A DNA stretch of 64,000 bases from Oikopleura dioica. Taxonomy: Eukaryota > Animalia > Chordata. The position numbers and the translations under genes are program-made. The stretch is taken from positions 7,874,001-7,938,000 of the forward strand of contig OU015567.1 of the NCBI GenBank assembly GCA_907165135.1. The letters are read 5' to 3'. Positions 12,561-26,253 of the stretch are shown here, one piece after another; the stretch's first letter is position 1; each line of letters opens with the position of its first letter. The notes below the pieces were generated by a model. That model had not been told where the DNA came from, did no database searches, and saw only the letters and a program-made list of their open reading frames with translations.

Positions 12561-13138
12561 GATGAATGAAAATGGCATTCTCGGGACCAAATCATGACCC
12601 CCTTCTTTCTAGTGCTTATCTGAAAGCCCATGATCTTAGGAGTCGAATGGTATGTTACTTAGGGTCTGAGTCATAGAAAATGACGTCATTTTGCTCGAAA
12701 TAAGGCCCTTATGGGGAAAACCTATGTAGTGCCATAACTTTTTATTGAACATATAAAAGTATATTGATCTTAGGCTCATTCGAAAGAGCAGCTCGAGATC
12801 TAGGTCGGGTGAGGAAAATCGCGGTCAACCACCCGGTCAACCACGTGGTCAAAATTTTGAAACCGGCCGGTTAACCACGGTTTCTAGCTCCCGACCTAGA
12901 TCTCGAGTTCCTCTATCGAATGAGCCCAAAATCAACGTAGCTAAATAAGTCCAATAAAAAGTTATGGCACTACATAGGTTTCCCCCATAAGGCCCTCATT
13001 TCGACCAAAATGACGTCATTATCTATGACTAAGACCCTAATTTATATACCATTCGACTCCTTAGATAATGGGCTTTCAGATAAGCACTAGAAACAAGGGG
13101 GCCAGGATTTGATCCCGAGAATGACATTTTCATTCATC
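12561..13138. mobile_element. About 580-bp foldback (long imperfect palindrome) non-autonomous element
   Basis: About 250-bp arms are reverse complements (GATGAATGAAAATG.../...CATTTTCATTCATC; GACGTCATTTTG; GTAGTGCCATAACTTTTTATTG; CTCGAGATCTAGGTCGGG) around a short spacer. TSD not clearly resolved. Confidence 0.8.
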
Positions 13139-15004
13139 AATTCATAACTTTTTGATACAGTTTTCATTTTATAAAATTTCATCAGTAAACGGTTAGTTCA
13201 TGTTTCCAATTGATAATCAAATCTTCTCATTCGTAAAATCAACAGCAAAATATCATTTCTAGAAGCTGGTCGGATTTTCTCTCTTTTTCTTCATCGGGGA
13301 AAATGACGCGCGCTGAGTGGTTGAGCTCAGTGAGCGCTCAATTTGAAATTTAGAATTCGCCATTTGAAATGGCCCATTTCGGATTTTTCTGATTTCATAT
13401 TTCCACATCCTTTTCTTGAGACTTTCTGATCAGATGCTACTGATGGCTTTCATCTCGGAGAGGAAATCGTACAAAAATAAGCTATTTATTATTTTTTTCT
13501 TTCTAAAATTAGGATTTAGGACTAGAAATCGGAACTGAATTCTTCGGACAATGATTTGATTGAACTAATACACTGCATTTTTGAACATGATAGAGTTGAT
13601 TATCTTTGTAAGCCCCTTATAAACCTCGCGCATCTAAAATGACCGATGAAACCGTTCAAAACTCAGGAATCTGGACTGATTTGATTTGGGGCCTCTTTGT
13701 GCTCAAATAGAATGATCGTAGATCCTCCTTTATACCTCCCCAACTCTTCACTCACTATTACTTGTCTTCTTTCTGAATACTTTCAACGTCGATGATCGCT
13801 TCTTTCTGGAAACAAGCATCCGAAATAGTCGGATCCAATGACGGAAAATAATGATTTATGTAAGCGCCCCAGGATTACTTTTTCCAATAAAAATATTTAT
13901 ATTTTTAAAAATATATATATAAATTTCAAAAAATTGCCACTCTGACTTTTAGGAGGTGTAACATCAACAGTTGGAGGTCGATTTCTTGTTATATCATTAT
14001 ATAGAAAGTCAAGTTGTCCAATTTCAATTACCCCTGTATAACAATATTACTTATATTATAATAGACTATTAGTAATAGTCATATTTAATAAGATAAAAAG
14101 TAACCCCTTTTTGAAGGATTTGGCTGGATGCAGGTCTTCGTAGGGGTCGCCTTTTGAGGGCGCGCTGCCTCGCTACCGCGTCCGCTCATAGTCGGGCAGC
14201 GCTATTTTTCCCAAAAGAAAAGCTCCGACACTTTTTTGGCACTTTGACTTTCCGTTCTAGGGCTTAGAGAGTTCATCAATCGGAGGAGTGTACTTAGAGA
14301 TAATGAGCGCAGAAAGGGGTGAAGAAGACACTGCTAAGAGTAAATCTTTGGACGATCAATTGACGGAGCTAGAATCAATCCCGAATCGAAATGCAGCTGC
14401 GGAGGAACGGTTTTCATGTAGCAAGATAGCATCCTTTTCTTCACGAAGTTATTGAGTTCACGGTTCAATCATGAAATTCGGGTCAGAAAAGGTTTCAATT
14501 GATCGCTGCAAACTTACCCGCTGCGCTGCTGAACAAAAGGATCTGGGACGAGAAGCGGCAAAACTGCCTAAATGTGTCATTCGCAAAGTGCTCCGCGCCG
14601 ATGAAGATCCTTAATGTGAGTTTATTCAGAAATTACTGGTTGGCCATTTCGATCGATTTTCGATTTCGTCCAAATTTATTGAATTAAAGATTGAGATCTT
14701 TGTTTGGGAAATATAGAAACAAGTTCGGCCGGGTGAAAAGGACACATTTTATGGCCTGCGCTATAGAATAATCATAAAGGCGATCTGCTGTAGCCCGTGT
14801 CTTTCTCTTTTCCGCCCAAAAATTACTCTACCGCAACGTTCCAACACCGGCGCTAAATAAACAACCGTCACGGGAGCCTGATCTTCTGGATGTTCAGATG
14901 GTCGACCAGAACTTCCGGTTTTCATGCATCGCGACTTTTCTATTGCCCGTTATTCATCGGCTAATCGGCGTGTTGTTTATGCATTAGAATAGCATCAATT
15001 TCAG

Positions 15005-15350
15005 GCCTGCAAAGCAGTGAAAATCGACCCTGCCAAGCTGAGCGATCTTTACGGAAGGACGTTGCTCCACGTTGCCGCGCGCGTACCCGACCTGGCCGCT
15101 GCGGACGAGCTGCTAAAACTAGGCGCCGATGTTAATTAGGGGTCATAAAACGAGGAATCATCAATCCAAGCCATTTGATTTCCTATCAAATATATGTTAA
15201 CAAGTTATTAAGCTTGACCCCGTTTTAGCGCTACAAATGCCTCAGGTGTGAGCCCGCTTCATTCCGCAATGGCCGCAGGGCATGAAAAAATGGCCGTGAA
15301 GATCCTTGACGGCGGCGGAGATCCTGCACTAGAATCATTATCGGTACGGG
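15005..15350 (+). pseudogene. Degenerate ankyrin-repeat exons
   Basis: GRTLLHVAARVPDLAAADELLKLGADVN* and ATNASGVSPLHSAMAAGHEKMAVKILDGGGD are ankyrin repeats, but a TAG follows GADVN, no G-initial donor exists at the needed phase, and downstream frames contain stops. Confidence 0.5.
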
Positions 15351-16324
15351 CGCCAAAATTAGCTTGCTAAGCAAAAAAAAACCTGTCCAGAGTGAATAGG
15401 CCAATGTAGGGGTGCACGGTCGGGGGCACTTTGCTCTCATCGAGAAGTAGCTGAGGAAACGGCCCACTGTGCGTGTCACGTCTCTTCAGTTGCTATAAGC
15501 TCGGCAATATCGAGCAAGCTTCGAGCGGCATTTACCTCGTGCCTTCTTTCCGGAATCTGCGGTTCTACCGGATGAAAACCTTGACAATTTATAGCTGATT
15601 ATGATTTTTGTAACAACTCTTCAACGGAAATTCGAATTTTTTCACATTCATGTGCGCTATTTTACGGCGGTAATGATAATGATGAAATAAGGGTATACAG
15701 AGTTGATCCCCGTCGCGACGGCGTCTGGTGGATTTCCTTGAAAATTTAATATTTACCAGATAACTAAACTCTGCTGTCGTTTCACCCTGTTTCGTGTCTT
15801 CTGAATCCACTTGAGTCACTCTCAACGCATTGAGCGTCGTGTGCCGCCGGTGTAGAAATCGCATACCAATAGACTGTGTCTTCGGATCCAGCACTTAAAA
15901 CGAGTTCTACAACGAGGCAGGGAAGAAACGGACCAGCGCCCGACCCATGTGGGAGGCAGCTGCGGGCACCCCGGTCGCGCCGAGATTCTGCTCTACGCAG
16001 ATTAGCGCTAACCAGAACTATGCCAGCCGGTGAAAACATTAGGAGACACGCAGAAGTGTCACCATTTACCTTTTCTTCTACCCCCAATTACCGTTCAAAA
16101 TCTAAGAAAGAAACGAACTCTTAACAATTAAAGACAAAACCCACGGCATTTTCATGTTCTTTCTTTGAAAAGCTAACATGCTAGACAACCCCGCAATCCG
16201 ACATAGACCCTTTCTTTTCTTGTTGAAACCCTAAGCACTCAATTTTCGGCAGTAATGACGGCAAATTGCCCTCAAAAGGAAAGCTGCTAGAAAAGAAAAA
16301 GTGTTATAGTAATCTCATCTGAGA

Positions 16325-17477
16325 TTGTGGTATGCGAACCGGCCGGTAGTGAGCCATTTACTCGGCGATAGACCTTTTCCTCGCTGGCCTAAAATTGCGA
16401 TAAGGGCAATATTTGGCGTCCATACAAAGTGGCGAATCTTTCGCGTTCCTTACCCCGGATTACCCAAGGATGTGTGGAATTGTACACGACCAGATGTCGA
16501 CGTTGAAATGCCAAAAGAACTTTACGACCGACTGCATGTCCCCAAAATGGCGTGTAAACCGCAAAACTACAGTAAACATCAATCAGGCATATTCAAAGCC
16601 TCTTTCGAGGACGATATAGAAACTGTTACGGAGTTCATTGAGAAAGAAACTCATCTGAGTAAGTCGCCACGGAGAATTTCTTTTACAGAATTTACACTAG
16701 CACTAGATATCCGAAACTGGCGAGGAGACACGCCACTAACATGTGCCATACGCGGTCGAGCTGACAATACAATCGACTGGTTATTGGAGAACAAGGCTAG
16801 CCCGGAATTCGGAGGGTGGTTGTATGAACCGCCAATCGTAGCCGCTACTGCAATCAACAACGAGTCCGCAGTAGAAACTCTGCTGAGAAAGGAGATAGGT
16901 ACAGGTAGTTATTACGAAAGGGATATATTCATAATAAGACGCAGTTTAACTGCTTAACCACGGATGATTAAGATCAATTGTGGTATAAAAATCGAAGTAA
17001 CATCCTAAGTTAACGCCGAGAGCATAAATCACGCTCATACATTCTGTTTTCGCTGGATTTATTATCACCCTGTTTTCATAGATGTAGACGGTGTCGACGA
17101 GCGTGGCTGGACCGCAGTGTTGATTGCTGCTAAAGCAGGCTTTTACTCGTTAACGAAGAGGCTCATCAATTTCGGTGCAGACTTGAGTCTGCGTTCCAAA
17201 CAGGTGAGTCGTATAAATTTATAAAAAATCAGCCTGAAATTGATTTAAGGGTGACTCTGTCACTTATTGGGTGGCAAAGAATAATTGGGAGGACGTTTAT
17301 GAGCGGATAACGCAAGAGTCAAACTTCAAATACCTCTTCCAAGATGCGATGGAATTCGCGGAAGAACAAGACGAGGAGCAACTGCCTGCTCTCTTGAAGA
17401 ACAAGGATCAAAATGTGAATACAAGAAGACCTCCTGCCTCGCCCGAAGGACCGCCTGCCAAAAAAACCTGTCAATAA
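16325..17477 (+). CDS. Ankyrin-repeat protein (multi-exon; 5' end uncertain)
   Basis: WRGDTPLTCAIRGRADNTIDWLLENKASP, EPPIVAATA, DERGWTAVLIAAKAGFYSLTKRLINFGADLSLRSKQ|GDSVTYW; GT-AG introns; ends PPAKKTCQ*. Confidence 0.75.
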
Positions 17478-17527
17478 TGCCATCATTTTACATACAGAAT
17501 ATATTGAAAAATCGGCGATAAAACAAA

Positions 17528-18051
17528 TCATGCCTTCGATGATGATATTTTTACTTCTGGATCATCCGCAGCGTAGAGCGGAGATGAGTTCTTCTGGTTC
17601 TCGATTTCTTGTAGCATTTGAATCAAAACGCAGCTTGTGCACCACATTGCAAGGCAAAAGTTTCGCATTGGTCCTTCATCTAGAATTCCGAAGCGCATCA
17701 TGAATTTGAATCGCGTATCTGTTACTGCCCAAGTTCCACAGCAAAAAGGGTTGAGAAAGTAAAGAGCGCAGTAAGGCCAGCCTTTTCTCCCAATTTGCTC
17801 GTTTACAGTTCCTAACGCGACGCAAGGGCAAAGGAATGAAAGAAGGCAGATTCTAGGGCCGAAATTGAACCAGGAGCCAAGTTCATATTGCCAACACCCA
17901 TCAACAGTTATGTTGAAGTCTGGTCCTGCCCTGTAACTCCCATCTGTTGGCTGAAAGAACATGAGTAAGTGCTGCCAACTTTCTGACTGACCTTTTTGTT
18001 GTATTTTGTTAAAGTTCCACGCTTTCCCAGTGGCTGTTCGACGACTGCCAT
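17528..18051 (-). CDS. PLAC8/cornifelin-family Cys-rich protein
   Basis: WQYELGSWF...CLLSFLCPCVALG...TRFKFMMRFGI...NFCLAMWCTSCVLIQMLQEI; probable first exon MAVVEQPLGK preceded by TTTACAG. Confidence 0.8.
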
Positions 18052-18395
18052 CTGTAAATTTCGTCTCTATGAGTCGACTTTATTTTGAGTTTAAGATCCG
18101 CGGAAAATATACTGGGCATATCGGACAAATGCGGCGGTTTGATCGAGCTCCGGGGTAATCGCTGTGACAACGTTGTGGTTGTATCAGTTCGGACACGGCA
18201 AATAAAAATGTGTAACACCCTAGGAAAGGATATTAGTAATAGGCTACTTTTCACTTTATGAAGTTATTGCATCACTGGCGGTTTGCAGTTGTTTGCATTT
18301 TGCAGACGAAAACGGCTCGAAGTCATTGCTCTGCATATTTGCTTTGCTAACAGCGGCCACTCAAGTGAATCTTTATCCATCAGTAATCCGAGAAA

Positions 18396-19569
18396 ATGAT
18401 TCCCGAATTTCCCGTTGTTCCTGGCCGAGAGCTCAATGATGGCACCGTCATGCCTCAATTTGGCCTTGGAACTTGGCTCTCGCCCAAGGGCGATGTCGAA
18501 GCTGCTGCTTTGACGGCTATTCAGCTCGGTTACCGACATATTGATGCCGCTTGGGTGTACGGAAACGAAGCCGAAGTTGGAAACGCCGTCGCAAAGGCTA
18601 TCAAAGACGGTTTCGTCAAACGAGAGCAGCTCTATTTGACCACCAAGCTGTGGAATATCTTCCATGATCCCAAAGATGTCGATCGAGCTTGCGACATGTC
18701 TCTCAAGAATCTTCAAACTGACTACATCGGTAGGATAATTTCATCTTGAATCAACCTTTATGGGAAAATAGATTGCTATCTGATGCACTGCCCAATGCAT
18801 TTTGTCGGGCCAGATGATGGACCAGCGCTCCTTGATGAATCCAAACCAGCCTGCCCCGGTAAGATGAACATAGAAATAATTTTCCTATCATGTCCTTAGC
18901 TAATGGAAAGAAACCACATCTGATTGGTGACGCCGACTATCTTGATACCTACAAGGCAATGGAGAAACTCGTCCAGGCAGGCAAAGTCAAATCGATTGGT
19001 GTTTCCAATTTCAACATCTTTCAACTGCAGCGCATTTTGAACAACTGCACAATCAAACCGGTCGTCAACCAGATCGAGGTCCACCCTTACCTCACCAACG
19101 ATGCTCTGGTCAATTTCTGCCAAGAGAACGATGTCCAGGTAATGGAATTTTTCAATTAAATTTCATATACAAAAATCTAAAGGTCATGGCGTACTCTCCA
19201 CTCGGAAATCCGTCTAAGCCAGTTACGCGAGTCTGGGACGAGAACGCAAAAACCATCCTCCAGGACGAAAAACTCCTCGCTATGGCGAAGAAATACAACA
19301 AGTCTGTCGCCCAAATTTGCATTCGATTTGGCATTCAGCGAGGTCTCATTCTCATCCCAAAAGTAATCAGTTTTAGTGGATACCTAGAAATTAATGTTAA
19401 GACAACCAATCCTCAACGTTTGACCGAAAACGCTGATGTCTTCGACTTCGCGCTTGAATCTGGCGAAATGGACACGATCTCCGCGATGAACCAAAACTTC
19501 CGAGTTGTTGAGCTCCCACAAAATGTTGGAGTCAGATACTACCCTTTTGTTGATAACTATTCTGAGTAA
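18396..19569 (+). CDS. Aldo-keto reductase (AKR1, aldose reductase-like), multi-exon
   Basis: LNDGTVMPQFGLGTW, GYRHIDAAWVYGNE, LTTKLWN, YLMHCP, VKSIGVSNFN, NQIEVHPYL, YSPLG; catalytic D/Y/K/H present. Confidence 0.95.
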
Positions 19570-21012
19570 AGTTATTAGAATAACATCAATAAATAGACAA
19601 AATCTACAAAAATCATGTTTATTTCAGCAAAGTATAAAATCGGGAAACTGTCATGTGCTTTCAAAAATTGAAGTAATTGAAGGATCTGGTGGAAAACATC
19701 GGATCAGAGTTGTAAAAATATCGTCCGTCGTCTGTTCCTTCTCGAGCTTCAACACAATCTTCTCATTGCATATGCATTGATATATCAATTCTTAGTATCA
19801 AAACTTTTGAGTAATTCATGGTAAAAATTTAAAAGCTCTAACTTCAGGCTCAAAGAAGGGCGACGGGAATCCAGTGTTAGAATATTCACCGTAGTCGTTG
19901 TCTCGCCAAACTCTGCAGTTACCCAAATTCAGCAAAAGAGAAAGAACTACTCCTTTATTCATCTCTTCCTTCGAAAATTCTTCTGATTAACTCCTTGCTC
20001 TTTGTTTATTATACTCCTCTTCTCGATAAAAAAAGGTCATTATATACGCCTCTCGAAATCACTTCAGAAGATGGGGCTAGAGAGTCAACCCAGCGCCTCT
20101 GAATGTGCATTCTGAAACATATTTTCATGACGCAAAGAAAAGTTTCAATTAATAATGGAGGGATTTCCTCATAAACTTAACAAAATGCTTTCTTCACTGA
20201 CAATACATCATTGGTAAAGCTTTATTAAGAGACCTTAGAAATATATAGCTTATATCATCGATTATCAATTTGATTACCGAAAGTACAGAACTGTTTTAAA
20301 CAGTAATACTGTAAACTCCTAGTTAATGCCACTGACAGTGCTACCACCCAATATTTTCGAAGAAAAAGGGATGAAAATGTACGAACGTAACGGAAATAAC
20401 TGTAGTTTTGTTTGTGACTGATATTCATATGAATATTATATTTCTTGAACTTATTTACAACGACGATATCTGATTTTAACTCAAATTTATTCAAGAAAGA
20501 GAATCTTGGATACCATCGACAAAACTTTCAATAGTAATCCTGTCAACTTCAGCGACCGAGAATGGATGTTAATCTTATAAAGAACTTGGTCGAAGACAGG
20601 TTAATCAGATAAATGTTCATTACTGCATGCTACATTCAAGTAATTCAATAAGTAAAACTTTGTTAAAACGGTACAAGAATGAATTTTCATTTATTCTTCC
20701 CCATGCAAGAGAGCATCTGATTCCTGAAATCAATTCATTAAAAATTACTAGCCAAACGTTATGCAATCTTGAAAATCTAAGAAGTCGAGAGTCCGGACTT
20801 CGCAATAATTTTTATTTATACAGATTGAATTCATAAGGTGTCGACCTCTTCGCTATGTTATATAATTTAGAACTAAGTGCTCGTCAAGAGTAAATAAAAG
20901 AAAGAAATAGACAGAAGGAGGTCTAAATAAACAGAAAAAATGACCGTAGAAAATGCCGGTCAGAAGGCGCAGAAGCAATAAAGTGATAGTAGCCAAGCGT
21001 TGTTAGAAATCA

Positions 21013-23104
21013 TCAGAATTCAGTGTCGGACAATTCTTTTTCAAAAGCCGGGCTGACCTGAGACTTCCGAACATCTTCCACTTTCTCGTTTCCTCCCTCT
21101 AACTCGGCCTCCCTTGCACGAACAGCTTCTGGAAGACATCCTGCACAAGAAGCTTGGTAGCCAAAGAACCACATTCCTAAAAACGCTGCAGCTGCACCGA
21201 CGGCCATCGCAAACATTTGAACGAGGAAGTTGTAAGGCGTATCACTAAGTTTTTTGATTATTTAAAGATTCTAGTGTAAGGTCTACTTTACAGCTCACAA
21301 CGGCTAAAGTCAAGCTCACTGCGCACAATATACCGTATTTTCCCGATACGCGTCGCCGTGTATTACCTGAAGACGAGCGCTGTTCCTAAAACAGGCATGG
21401 ACAGATTTCCAAGTGCATTTCCCAAGCCAAAAATGAAAAACCACTTTCCCGACATATTTGTCAATATCGACGAATAGCTGATCCCGCTGCCATAGAAGCT
21501 TGCCGTGCCAAGCCCGTAGAAGAATGTACAGACCCACAAAACGATTTGATCTTCGGGCCAAATTAGCAGAATTATGCATGGGATGCCGATTAAGACCAAG
21601 TCTTGAGAGGGTTTTTTAACTCTTTTCTTAGGTCATGCTTTCAATTAGCATAATTCATTGTCCATAAATGACTTTCAAATCAAATATTTCAACCCTATCC
21701 GATCAGAATAAAAACACCAGGCGTAATGAACCTTGTTATAAAGATACCGCTGCCTCTGCCGAGTCCGAATCCTCCCCAGAAAATCGAGTTGAGAAGCGTT
21801 GCGTCATTGATGTCCATCTTTACATCTGTGCATACTGCCCACTGAAGTTACAGTACATATCAGTGTGTATATTTCTTTTCAATTATGGAAGCACAAAGGG
21901 ATGATCCTCATTTACAAGATTATATGCGCTCCTTTGCATTAGACACCTTAGTTAGCATAGTATGTTTTTCCCCGAAACAGACTGATCTTCTCATCTCTCA
22001 GGTGTCGGGATTACTGTACTTACAGAAAAGATGTTCGCCTGGTACGTGTTTTCGCCTCCGACAATACAGAAGTAATAAATCGTAACGCAGAGGAAATATG
22101 CCCAAACAGTGCCAAATTTGTCTTCTTTTCTCGTCTCACATTCTACTTCGTCGTCGCCTTAGACCGTGTATTTACAATCAAATTTACAGACTATTACTGT
22201 ATTACTGTAGTCTGCAGTCATAAGAAAATATTTCTTTTAGTACATTTCCTGCGATCTTTTCGACAATATTGATACAGAAAAGCCACAAGACCAAAGCCGC
22301 AGCGGTCAACATAATGGCCATTCCGATCAAATAAGGGGTCAGGATAACATTTTCATCACCAATGCCAACACATGCTCCTGGGTCACTTCCGGCATCGCAC
22401 ACATTGTCGTCCACATTTTCGTAGAAGGGAGTAACGATGAGTGGGGCGATGAAGGCACCAATGCTGAAGGTAAAGTGGTGTAGTTGAATTATAGAAGCGG
22501 AGGAAACCGATCCCCAAATCTTGAGGATTATGACCTGCCCGGGGTTCAATCGGTTTTCAATTTATCTACGGATTCTCAAGACGGACGATCACGCGCTGAT
22601 TGACCTCCAGTCCTGAATGGCAGCATCGATGTACCCCAGCATGATCCCTGTAACGCTTATAACGAGGATCATTATCCAAAGATCGGTGAGAATTGGAATT
22701 ATTCCTAAGCTGGCGCCACAGACAGCCGCGGAGATGAACAGCAAAAACATGTGGCTTAGCTTGTCAGTTTTGTCGACCATTGGGGCCAGAAGACTACCAA
22801 TTAGGAGACCAGCGGATCTTCCAGCTTTCAACGGGTTTTAGCCAGATTTAGATCTAGTCACTTTCCAGTAATATCCAGAAACCAGGCCTAATATCCATCC
22901 GACAGTATCTGGCGTCTGACAAAGATGCTCAGCAAGTACAGGCAAGGTCGGTCCAGTAATCGAATAGATTATTCCCATTCCAATTCGAACTGAACAATTA
23001 TTGAAAACAAATCTCCCAAGCTAACCGAAAGAAATGCAAAGCAAAATAGTCAAACCTGAGCTCATGACAAGAAGAAAGATCCATTTCAAATACCTCTCTT
23101 TCAT
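21013..23104 (-). CDS. MFS transporter, MFSD4/NAGLT1-like, tandem copy A
   Basis: GIIYSITGPTL, GRSAGLLIG, QLHHFTFSIGAFIAPLI, GGENTYQANIFS, FWGGFGLGRGSG, GSGISY; needs GC-AG (22825-22887) and GA-AG (22158-22248) introns. Confidence 0.85.
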
Positions 23105-23440
23105 AACGGGAAGTTTTCCAAAACGGTCAAATGCTAAATAAAATGAACAGTTCCCTCGTTTAACAATCTGACAGTGCAAATGTTGGAACAAGCTTTGCAG
23201 GGAGCACAAGCTTTTTCTTCTCTACTGTTAAACACAAATATCGGCGCACCGGCTTGGCAGGGGCGAGTAAATTTGCGCAAAGTACAGCAGTTCCAGAGCT
23301 AATGATAGCTTTCTATAGAATTTGGTTTGCGGGGTTTATTCTAATTTAAGAATTATTTTAATTCCTGTATACAATCCTAATGAAAACATGCAAAACAAAC
23401 TTCCTGTTCTTCAGAATAGTAATTTTATTTGTATCACAAA

Positions 23441-25256
23441 TTAAAAATCCGTTTCATCAGATTTCGAGAGTTTCTTTTCCGGTAAAACCTGGGATTTTCT
23501 CAGACTCGGCGATGAGTTCTTCTCATAATCTTCATCCCTTGCTTTTCTGATTGCTGGTAGACAGGACGAGCCTTTAGCTTTGTACCCGGTGTACCACATT
23601 CCAATGTATCCGAGAACTGTGCCGATGGCCATCGCGAACATTTGGATCATGTATGAATTCGGATTATCACTAATGATATTTTCCGATTTATACTTTCGTC
23701 TTGTAAAGATCGTCTACCTGTAAACAAGGGCCGTTCCAAGGACGGGCATTGATAGGTTTCCAATAGAATTACCAAGAGCAAATATAAAAAACCATTTTCC
23801 AGACATATTCGTCAATCGAGATGCATAGGTTATTCCGCTTCCATAGAAAGTGGCTATTCCAAGGCCCCAGAAGAAAGTGCCACACCAAAGGACAATCTCG
23901 TCAGCTGGCCAAATAAGCATCACAACTGAGGCAGCTGTGATGACAACGCTATCTTTATCATTTGCTCAGAAAAATCTGAACAGAGGAATCTCTCAAATTT
24001 TTTTCTCAACAAGTTCCTATAATAATGTACATTCCAGGCGTTATAAATCTCGTGACAAAGACTCCCGCGCCTCTCCCAAGAATAAATCCAGCCCAAAAGA
24101 TGGAGTTCAACACGGTGGCATCAGTAGCTTCCATCCCTACTTCTGTGCACACGGCCCACTAAGGTCAGTAAATATAGACTGTATAAAAAAAACTAACTTA
24201 CCGAGAAAAGATTAGCCTGATAAGTATTTTCTGCTCCAACTATACAAAAGTAATACACTGATATAAAGAAGAAAAATGGCCAGAGCGTTCTCAGTGAATC
24301 TTCTTTTCTTGTTTCAACCTTGGAATTTTATGTCGATCAACTTCCACATTCCTTTTTCTCACCTCGACTTCTTCATCAACAGAAATCTTCTCCACAATAT
24401 CAATAAAATAGAGCCAGAGGACTCCTGCAGAGGCGAAAAGCATCCACCCCATTCCGATTAAAAATGGCACTAGAATCACATTGTCGTCATCGATTCCACA
24501 AGTGAGGTCGTCATCGCCAGAAGTACAAACTTGATCGTCGACTTCTTCGTAAAAGGGATTGACGATAAGAGGAGCGATGAAGGCCCCAAATCCGAACATA
24601 AAGTGGTGCAGCTGGATAATGGAAGCGGATTTAAACGAGCCCCAAACTTTGAGAATAATGACCTTGAGGGAGGCTTTTCGAGCGGAGGAAATTAGCGTTT
24701 TGCATCATCGAAATCGGACAGCCGTCAAGAAAACAAAAGCTGCCGATTAAAAAAGCCTCAGCCTGAATAGCAGCGTCAATGTATCCCAACATGATCCCTG
24801 TAATGCTAATAACAAGGATCATTATCCAAAGATCAGTAAGAATTGGGATTATTCCCAAGCTGGCACCGCAAACTGTACATGAAAAAAAGATGAGAATAAC
24901 GTGTCCGATTTTATCGGTCCTTGAGACTTGGCTTACTTAATTATTCTAAAGCAATTGAGATTCCACGTAAGCCACGTTCCTATCGACGAAGGGGCAAATA
25001 ATGCTGCCAATGAGGACACCGGCAGATCGACCGGCCAAAATCCACCCAACTGTGTCTGGACTCTCACACAAGTGCTCCGCTAGAACGGGGAGAGTGGGAC
25101 CCGTTATCGAGTAAATAATTCCCATGCCGATAGCCGCTACGATAAGTACATTATTAATAGTAATTTATTATGAAGAAAACTTTCGTCTTGAAATCAAGGA
25201 AGAATACCTGCGTTCATCACGACAATGAAGATCCATTTTAGCGAACTTTCTTTCAT
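23441..25256 (-). CDS. MFS transporter, MFSD4/NAGLT1-like, tandem copy B
   Basis: Paralog of copy A (MKESSLKWIF vs MKERYLKWIF; LGIIPILTDLWIMILVISITGIMLGYIDAAIQ almost identical); needs a GA-AG intron at 24920-24979. Confidence 0.85.
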
Positions 25257-25573
25257 GAAGCCGCAGTATCTTTTGTCCGCTTTTCTGACCCGCAATAAAC
25301 TCTTAAAATGAATTATGATCTTGGGGTTACAAAACGAACAGGCCTTTTGTAAATTTGCTTTTTGCTACTTTGGGCAGCCAAAAATCAAACTTTTCTTGAC
25401 ACTGTTTACGTAATGAGGGACTATCAAATTGGAAGTAAACTTAGAAAAAAAGACACCTTAGTGTTCTCTCTTCAAAATATAGCTTATTTGGTCTCTGATA
25501 ATTACCTCATTTTCAAACTGTACTTCGATTTTATCCCTCTGCATTTCATAAATTTCAAACTTTTTCGGCTTAA

Positions 25574-26253
25574 GGGGGTCCCCACGATTTTGCGATTTTG
25601 CGAATTAGATGTTTTCCTCTTCAGATCTGAATTCCTCGTGTAAAAAGCTGCAAAAAAGGTCTCTAGCTTTTTTCGATTTTTGTAGAAAAAAGTGTCTAAA
25701 ATCGACCTTGAAGTTACCAATTTTGCTTCATCTTCATAAAAATTGAAAAATCAACCCTTTTTTATAGTTGTCTAAGGGTCGCACATAGCACCTTTTTAGA
25801 AAGGCTATGAGCTAAGCTTTCTGAAAATGCCCGAAAATATGGGTTTGGGTTATGCCCAGAGGGCAATTTACATGATTGAAATTTCCGAAATCGTACATTT
25901 TTTTGATCGTCTTTGTTACATACACATTTTCTGGAAATAGAAAAAACTGAGAGACGCTTCACTAGATTAGTGTTAGAGCTTTAAGAAACAGCAGGAAAAA
26001 AATTTTTTGTAACCTAAATTTTTGGAGTAATCTCAGGTGAAAAAATGGCCAAAAACGCGATTATCTGCGAGATGCTTTCCTTCTCGGCGCCGTTGCGCGG
26101 GATGTGGTTGAATTTTAAAGAATCTGAGATACGCTTCACTAGATCTAGGTTTGACCTACTTGTACGTGAAAAAATTTTTGAAAAATATATGTCTGTGTCG
26201 GCGTGAGCGCCGGTCGAAAATGGCCAATTTCGGAAAAATCGTTGGGGACCCCC
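25574..26253. mobile_element. 680-bp non-autonomous TTAA-flanked DNA transposon (Kolobok-like termini)
   Basis: TTAA|GGGGGTCCCCACGATTTT ... AAAATCGTTGGGGACCCCC|TTAA; internal repeats CTTCACTAGAT and AAAATGGCCAA. TTAA target with purine-starting TIRs fits Kolobok better than piggyBac (CC start). Confidence 0.8.

Noticed and set aside
15589-16124. ORFs 15589-15894, 15782-16087 and 15876-16124
   Set aside because: No motifs and no consistent splicing path to the ankyrin exons; probably degraded or spurious.
19620-19970. Possible small secreted peptide gene on the minus strand (MNKGVVLSLLLNLG...)
   Set aside because: The start looks signal-like, but I could not build a unique in-frame exon chain.
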